A DNA stretch of 64,000 nucleotides from Thermoplasmatota archaeon (GTDB lineage Archaea; Thermoplasmatota; Thermoplasmata; UBA10834). The stretch spans positions 67,122 to 131,121 of the forward strand of contig JAHIRF010000002.1 in the NCBI GenBank assembly GCA_018818785.1, in the 5' to 3' direction. Below the pieces are notes generated by a model. It was not told the DNA's origin. It was given only the letters and a program-made list of their open reading frames with translations, and did not search any database. Positions 59,505-64,000 of the stretch are shown piece after piece. Made by a program: the position numbers and the translations under genes. The number at the start of each line of letters is the position of its first letter. Within the stretch, counting starts at the first letter, position 1.

Positions 59505-60710
59505 CTAGCCAGATATGTCCATGGCGGTCTTGGCGTACACGTGCATGCACTTCTGCAGGTCGTCGACGAGCACGTATTCGATCCTCGAGTGCGCACCCTT
59601 CCCTCCAGGACCAAATATGACTGTGGGGGTCTTCCCGAAATGAGTCAGGAGAGCCGCATCCGTCCATCCCCAGAAGCTTGTCAGCTTCGCTGGTTTGCCC
59701 GTGACCGTCTTGACTGATTCGCGGAGGGATTTGACCAGCCTATGCTTGACAGGGACGACGTTCGGCACGTGCGTCATGGTCTTCATGTTAGTCGAATCAC
59801 GCTTGAGCTCTGCCTTGAATCGAGGATCATCACGCTTGAGCTCGTCGAACAGTTTGTATATCTCCTTGAACACCTGCTGCAAGTCTTCCTCCGGTGTCCA
59901 GCGCCTATCCATCTTCACCACACAATGATCGGCGACTGAACTGGGCTGTTGACCACCCTGGATCAAACCGACATTGAGAGTGGGCGGGTCGGTATGTGCG
60001 CTCTTCCTCTCGCGAATGCGCGGCAAGAGCTCAGTATCCAACAGGTTCACGAACTTCGCAGCCATCGATATCGCATTTACGCCCTGGGCCGCTTGTCCAC
60101 CATGTGCCGCCTTCCCGTAGAAGTGCACTTCCAGCCATTCGAGGCCTCTGTGGGACGGTTGGATCTCCAAATCTGTGGGCTCCCCTACGATAGCCATGTC
60201 CGCCTTTGGACCTCTTATGACAATATCCTCTGTGCCCTCGCTCCGTTCCTCTTCTCCCACGACCGCAGTGAGATACACATTTCCTTTCAGGTCTACCTTG
60301 GCGCGGTCTAGTGCGAGCATGGTTGCTGCCATTGCCCCTAGGCCACCCTTCATGTCTAGCGCGCCTCGTCCGTACAACTTCCCACCCTGCACCTTTGGGG
60401 TGAACGGTGGGATATCCATATCATACGGGGGTACCGTGTCCAGATGCCCATTTAGCATTAGACTGCTCCCGCTTCCCGACCCCCTGAGCGTCGCTATGAC
60501 GTTGTATCTGTCCTTCTCGACCTTTCTAAGCTTTGAATCGATCCCCTCATCTGTCAGGAACTCGTGCAGGAACTCCGCTATCTCTTTCTCGCGGGTAGGT
60601 ACCTGGCTATGACTCGGTATCCTGACAAGGTCCTTGACCAATGATTCGATCTCCGATCTCGGGACCGCTCGTTTGACGTTATTGAAAGTGTCTGTTCTCT
60701 CGACCTTCAT
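59505..60710 (-). CDS. M20 family deacylase (ArgE/DapE-like)
   Basis: NGHLDTV, GRGALDMKGG, GEE, GEPT, GKAAH, AHS. Confidence 0.93.
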   Translation of the reverse strand: MKVERTDTFNNVKRAVPRSEIESLVKDLVRIPSHSQVPTREKEIAEFLHEFLTDEGIDSKLRKVEKDRYNVIATLRGSGSGSSLMLNGHLDTVPPYDMDIPPFTPKVQGGKLYGRGALDMKGGLGAMAATMLALDRAKVDLKGNVYLTAVVGEEERSEGTEDIVIRGPKADMAIVGEPTDLEIQPSHRGLEWLEVHFYGKAAHGGQAAQGVNAISMAAKFVNLLDTELLPRIRERKSAHTDPPTLNVGLIQGGQQPSSVADHCVVKMDRRWTPEEDLQQVFKEIYKLFDELKRDDPRFKAELKRDSTNMKTMTHVPNVVPVKHRLVKSLRESVKTVTGKPAKLTSFWGWTDAALLTHFGKTPTVIFGPGGKGAHSRIEYVLVDDLQKCMHVYAKTAMDISG

Positions 60711-60867
60711 TCAATCGACCATCTATGTGCCGCTTCGGCAGCCTGGAGCAATTGTCCCACACACTAAAAAAGTATCTCATGCGCTCAGCAGACGCTATTT
60801 AAGTAGATGGTCAAAGAGTTTGAGGGGTTTGGATCGATAGACCTTCCGAATGGCTCAATCATACCGT

Positions 60868-61968
60868 CTATTTGGCCTGTCCCTTCTCGAGGTGACACGA
60901 GACCCAGTGGCCTTCCGAGACGAAAACCGTGGCCGGAGCTTCCTTCCGACAGATGTCCATCACAAATGGGCATCTCGGGTGGAACCTGCATCCAGGTGGC
61001 ATGTTCGACGGGTCCGGTCTCTCACCCTTGAGGATGATCTGGTTTCGCCTCATCTCAGGGTCTGGGGTAGGAACGACGGATATCAGGGCCTTGGTGTAAG
61101 GATGCGCCGGATGCTTGACGACCTCTTCAGTCGGTCCAAGCTCCACGATCTTGCCCAGGTACATGATGCCTATCCTGTCGCTGAACACATATGCCACTCC
61201 CAGGTCGTGCGTTATGAACAGGAATGCGAGACCTTTGTTGTCTCTCAGGTCGAGCATGAGCTTCAAGATCTCAGACCTGATTGACACATCGAGCATTGAC
61301 ACCGGTTCATCGGCCACCAGGAACTCTGGCTCAAGCACGAGGGACCCTGCTATGCCGACCCTCTGCCTCTGACCACCAGATACTTCATGGGGATATCTCC
61401 ACATGAAATCCTTCGGGGGCCTGAGACCCGCATCCTCGAGTGCCTTCACGACCCTCTTTTCCCTCTCCGCTTCAGTCGCGCCAATCCCATTGACCACCAA
61501 CGGCTCGGCGACTATGTCATAGACCGACTGCTTCGGATTGAGCGATTCGTATGGGTCCTGGAAGATTATCTGCATCTTCTGGCGAAGCTTTTTCATCTTG
61601 CTCTTATGGAGCGCACGGACATCTATCCCGCCTTCGGCGGTCATCTTCTCCGCCTGCGCCTTCGTGATCTTTCCCTTGGCAAGAGCATCAGATATCATGT
61701 CTTTGAGGAGAATCTCCTTGCCTTTGCCATAGTACTTGACGCTTCCGCCGGTTGGCTCGACGAGCCTGAGAATCCCCTTTCCCGTGGTGGTCTTGCCGCA
61801 TCCCGATTCACCGACAAGGCAGAATATCTCCTTCTCCTTGATGTTGAACGATACGCCATCCACTGCTTTCACATATCGCTGCTCTTTCGAGACGAGACTC
61901 TCGATGAATCCTTGTCTCACTGGGAACCAGACCTGCAAGTCCTTGACAACCAGAATATCCTTAACCAT
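60868..61968 (-). CDS. Oligo/dipeptide ABC transporter ATP-binding subunit (OppF/DppF-like)
   Basis: GESGCGKT, FQDP, SGGQRQR, ADEP, GCRFHPRC. Confidence 0.93.
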   Translation of the reverse strand: MVKDILVVKDLQVWFPVRQGFIESLVSKEQRYVKAVDGVSFNIKEKEIFCLVGESGCGKTTTGKGILRLVEPTGGSVKYYGKGKEILLKDMISDALAKGKITKAQAEKMTAEGGIDVRALHKSKMKKLRQKMQIIFQDPYESLNPKQSVYDIVAEPLVVNGIGATEAEREKRVVKALEDAGLRPPKDFMWRYPHEVSGGQRQRVGIAGSLVLEPEFLVADEPVSMLDVSIRSEILKLMLDLRDNKGLAFLFITHDLGVAYVFSDRIGIMYLGKIVELGPTEEVVKHPAHPYTKALISVVPTPDPEMRRNQIILKGERPDPSNMPPGCRFHPRCPFVMDICRKEAPATVFVSEGHWVSCHLEKGQAK

Positions 61969-61974
61969 ATCAGA

Positions 61975-62940
61975 TCACCCCTTCATCGGTGGCACGAAAT
62001 TACATGCAGCCCAGTGCCCTGGCTTTATCTCCACGAGCGGAGGCTCCTTCGTCTTGCAGATGTCCTGCTTCATGAAGCACCTGTCATAGAACCTACAGCC
62101 CTTTGTTGGATTGATCAGGTTCGGTGGATTACCTGCGATCGATGCCGGCATCTTCTTCTCACCGTGAATATTCGGGAAAGCCGCGATCAGTCCCCTTGTG
62201 TAGGGATGGTGGGGGTCATAGAAGACCTCGCCCGCAGGAGCCCTCTCGACTATCTTCCCGGCGTACATGATTGCCAATACGTCACAGGTCTCGGCGAGAA
62301 CGGACAGATCATGGGAGATGACGATCATGGCCAGGTCGAGATCCTTCTGAAGGCTCTTGAGAAGTGCTATTATCTGCGCCTGTATCATCACATCGAGTGC
62401 CGTTGTGGGTTCGTCCGCAATCACAAGTCGGGGCTTGCATGCGAGTGCCATCGCGATCATGACTCTCTGCCTCATACCGCCGCTGAACTCGTGCGGATAC
62501 TCCCGTATCCTGCTCGGGTTGATACCCACCATCTCGAAGAGCTCCTTGACGCGCTTCAATGCGACCTCTTCATCCACCTTCTCGTGTAGAATGATAGGTT
62601 CGATGATCTGCTCGCCAACGCGCTTGACTGGGTTGAGAGCGTTCATCGCACCCTGGAAGATGATGGATATATCCCTCCACCTGATCGCACGGAGCTTGTC
62701 GCCCGTAACCCTTGCCATGTCCTGGCCCATGAAATTGATCTTTCCTCCAGCGATATATCCGTTTGCTGGCAGAAGCTTCATGATGGACAGAGCCGCGGTG
62801 GTCTTCCCACAACCGGACTCTCCGGCTAGACCCAAGGCCTGACCCTTGTCCAGGTTGAAATCGATGCCGTCGACTGCTTGCAGTGTTCCTTCTTGCGTCT
62901 TGAAATATGTCCTTAACCCTTGAATTTCTAGTAAGGCCAT
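61975..62940 (-). CDS. Oligo/dipeptide ABC transporter ATP-binding subunit (OppD/DppD-like)
   Basis: GESGCGKT, SGGMRQR, ADEPTTALD, GCRFYDRC. Confidence 0.93.
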   Translation of the reverse strand: MALLEIQGLRTYFKTQEGTLQAVDGIDFNLDKGQALGLAGESGCGKTTAALSIMKLLPANGYIAGGKINFMGQDMARVTGDKLRAIRWRDISIIFQGAMNALNPVKRVGEQIIEPIILHEKVDEEVALKRVKELFEMVGINPSRIREYPHEFSGGMRQRVMIAMALACKPRLVIADEPTTALDVMIQAQIIALLKSLQKDLDLAMIVISHDLSVLAETCDVLAIMYAGKIVERAPAGEVFYDPHHPYTRGLIAAFPNIHGEKKMPASIAGNPPNLINPTKGCRFYDRCFMKQDICKTKEPPLVEIKPGHWAACNFVPPMKG

Positions 62941-63161
62941 CTCTTATTCCCCCTCAACTAATTCCGTTGTTGTTTGTGAGCGGATGCAGGAATAATGGGA
63001 TAATAAAAATCTGACCCCGATTCAATCCCTGGATACCACGTGAATCGTATTATGCTATAAAGGCGTATCTAAACGACTGCGATAGATGTTGATGCGAATA
63101 TCGAAGCAGACTTCGTTAGCGTAACGATTGCTGGACACATTCCGAGGACAAATCTTATCAT

Positions 63162-64000
63162 TCAATCTGGCAGATCGATCACATATTCCGACAATTCATC
63201 TGGGACCATCGACTTCGCAAAGACCTCGACCGCTTCAGCGGTAAGCCGGCTAGAGTCATCGTATCTCGGGCTGATATGGACGAGGAAAAGGCGGCCGACC
63301 CCCGCTTCGACCGCGACCTCCGCGGCCTGCCTTGCCGTCGAGTGACCATACTTGACTGCCTGCTCTTCAAGAGACGAATCGAAGGTCGCGTCGTGTATGA
63401 GGACATCAGCAGCCCTCGCCAGGTCGGTCACCGATGAGCATTTCCTCGTATCACCCGTGTAGACCACCTTGCGACCTCTCCTTGGCTCACCGATCACATG
63501 TTCTGGATGGACCATTATCCCTTTGTGCTCGACGGTCTCACCGCATTGCAGACGGCTATAGAGCGGGCCAGGTTGTATCCCAAGCGCCAGTGCCTTGTCC
63601 AGCGAGAATCTACCCAGACGTGTCCTCTCTTCGATGGAATACGCCAACGAAGGCACGGTATGGTCCGCGTTAGCTGCAGTGATCCCGTATGTACCGGCGT
63701 CGATATAGTCTCCAGGGGCAAGTTCCTGTGATACGACCTCATATCCGCAATCGAAATGTCCGAGGTTCATTATTGATTCCACCATGTCTGCCGTTCCCTC
63801 GGGACCAAGAACCACGAGCTTGTCTTCTCGCCCGTTCAGGCTCATGCTCTGTATCAAGCCAGGTAATCCTAGGAAATGGTCTGCGTGAAGATGACTGATG
63901 AGGATCCTGGAGATCTTCATGAACGAGACGGAGGAACCCATCAGCTGTCGTTGCGTACATTCCCCACAATCCAGCAACAGCACTTCCGATCGAAGTTGGA
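63162..64000 (-). CDS. rnz: Ribonuclease Z (5' end outside window)
   Basis: DCGE, SHLHADH, GIQPGP exosite, YTGDT, HDAT, HST, HISPRY; frame open to the window edge. Confidence 0.93.
   Translation of the reverse strand, partial: QLRSEVLLLDCGECTQRQLMGSSVSFMKISRILISHLHADHFLGLPGLIQSMSLNGREDKLVVLGPEGTADMVESIMNLGHFDCGYEVVSQELAPGDYIDAGTYGITAANADHTVPSLAYSIEERTRLGRFSLDKALALGIQPGPLYSRLQCGETVEHKGIMVHPEHVIGEPRRGRKVVYTGDTRKCSSVTDLARAADVLIHDATFDSSLEEQAVKYGHSTARQAAEVAVEAGVGRLFLVHISPRYDDSSRLTAEAVEVFAKSMVPDELSEYVIDLPD

Noticed and set aside
61387-62589. Long antisense ORFs (400 aa here; also 12780-13751 and 29031-29969)
   Set aside because: They are shadows of well-supported genes on the opposite strand and have no recognisable motifs.
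1-64000. CRISPR arrays, transposases, integrases or tRNA-anchored islands
   Set aside because: No regularly spaced repeats, mobile-element genes or duplicated tRNA 3' ends were seen by eye; a dedicated repeat search was not possible.

Overview
Archaeal chromosomal DNA, most likely from a Thermoplasmata-type lineage. This is inferred from archaeal-type MAT, deoxyhypusine synthase, type A RNase P RNA, a PPAT-YjjX fusion and DUF835/KaiC-like proteins. The window holds RNase P RNA, three tRNAs, a complete chemotaxis cluster without cheF or archaellum genes, an ilvBNC-FAH-ilvE cluster, a non-pyrrolysine MttB, mevalonate genes, a hybrid histidine kinase, KaiC-like ATPases, a 1619-aa DUF835/coiled-coil protein and an amino-acid catabolic region. 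No CRISPR array or mobile element was seen. Two candidates stand out. (1) An unannotated 26-codon Leu/Val/Ile-rich leader peptide sits directly upstream of ilvB, and its Thr-Leu-Leu codons can pair with the ilvB Shine-Dalgarno, which suggests ribosome-mediated attenuation in an archaeon. (2) Lysine 2,3-aminomutase is divergent from an operon of active thiolase, catalytically dead HMG-CoA synthase, DUF35, a two-subunit CoA transferase and a class III aminotransferase. This may encode a B12-independent beta-lysyl-CoA degradation route, and its promoter region shares DNA motifs with the promoter of a LysM-like Lrp regulator. All family calls come from motif recognition by eye; no searches or folding programs were run.
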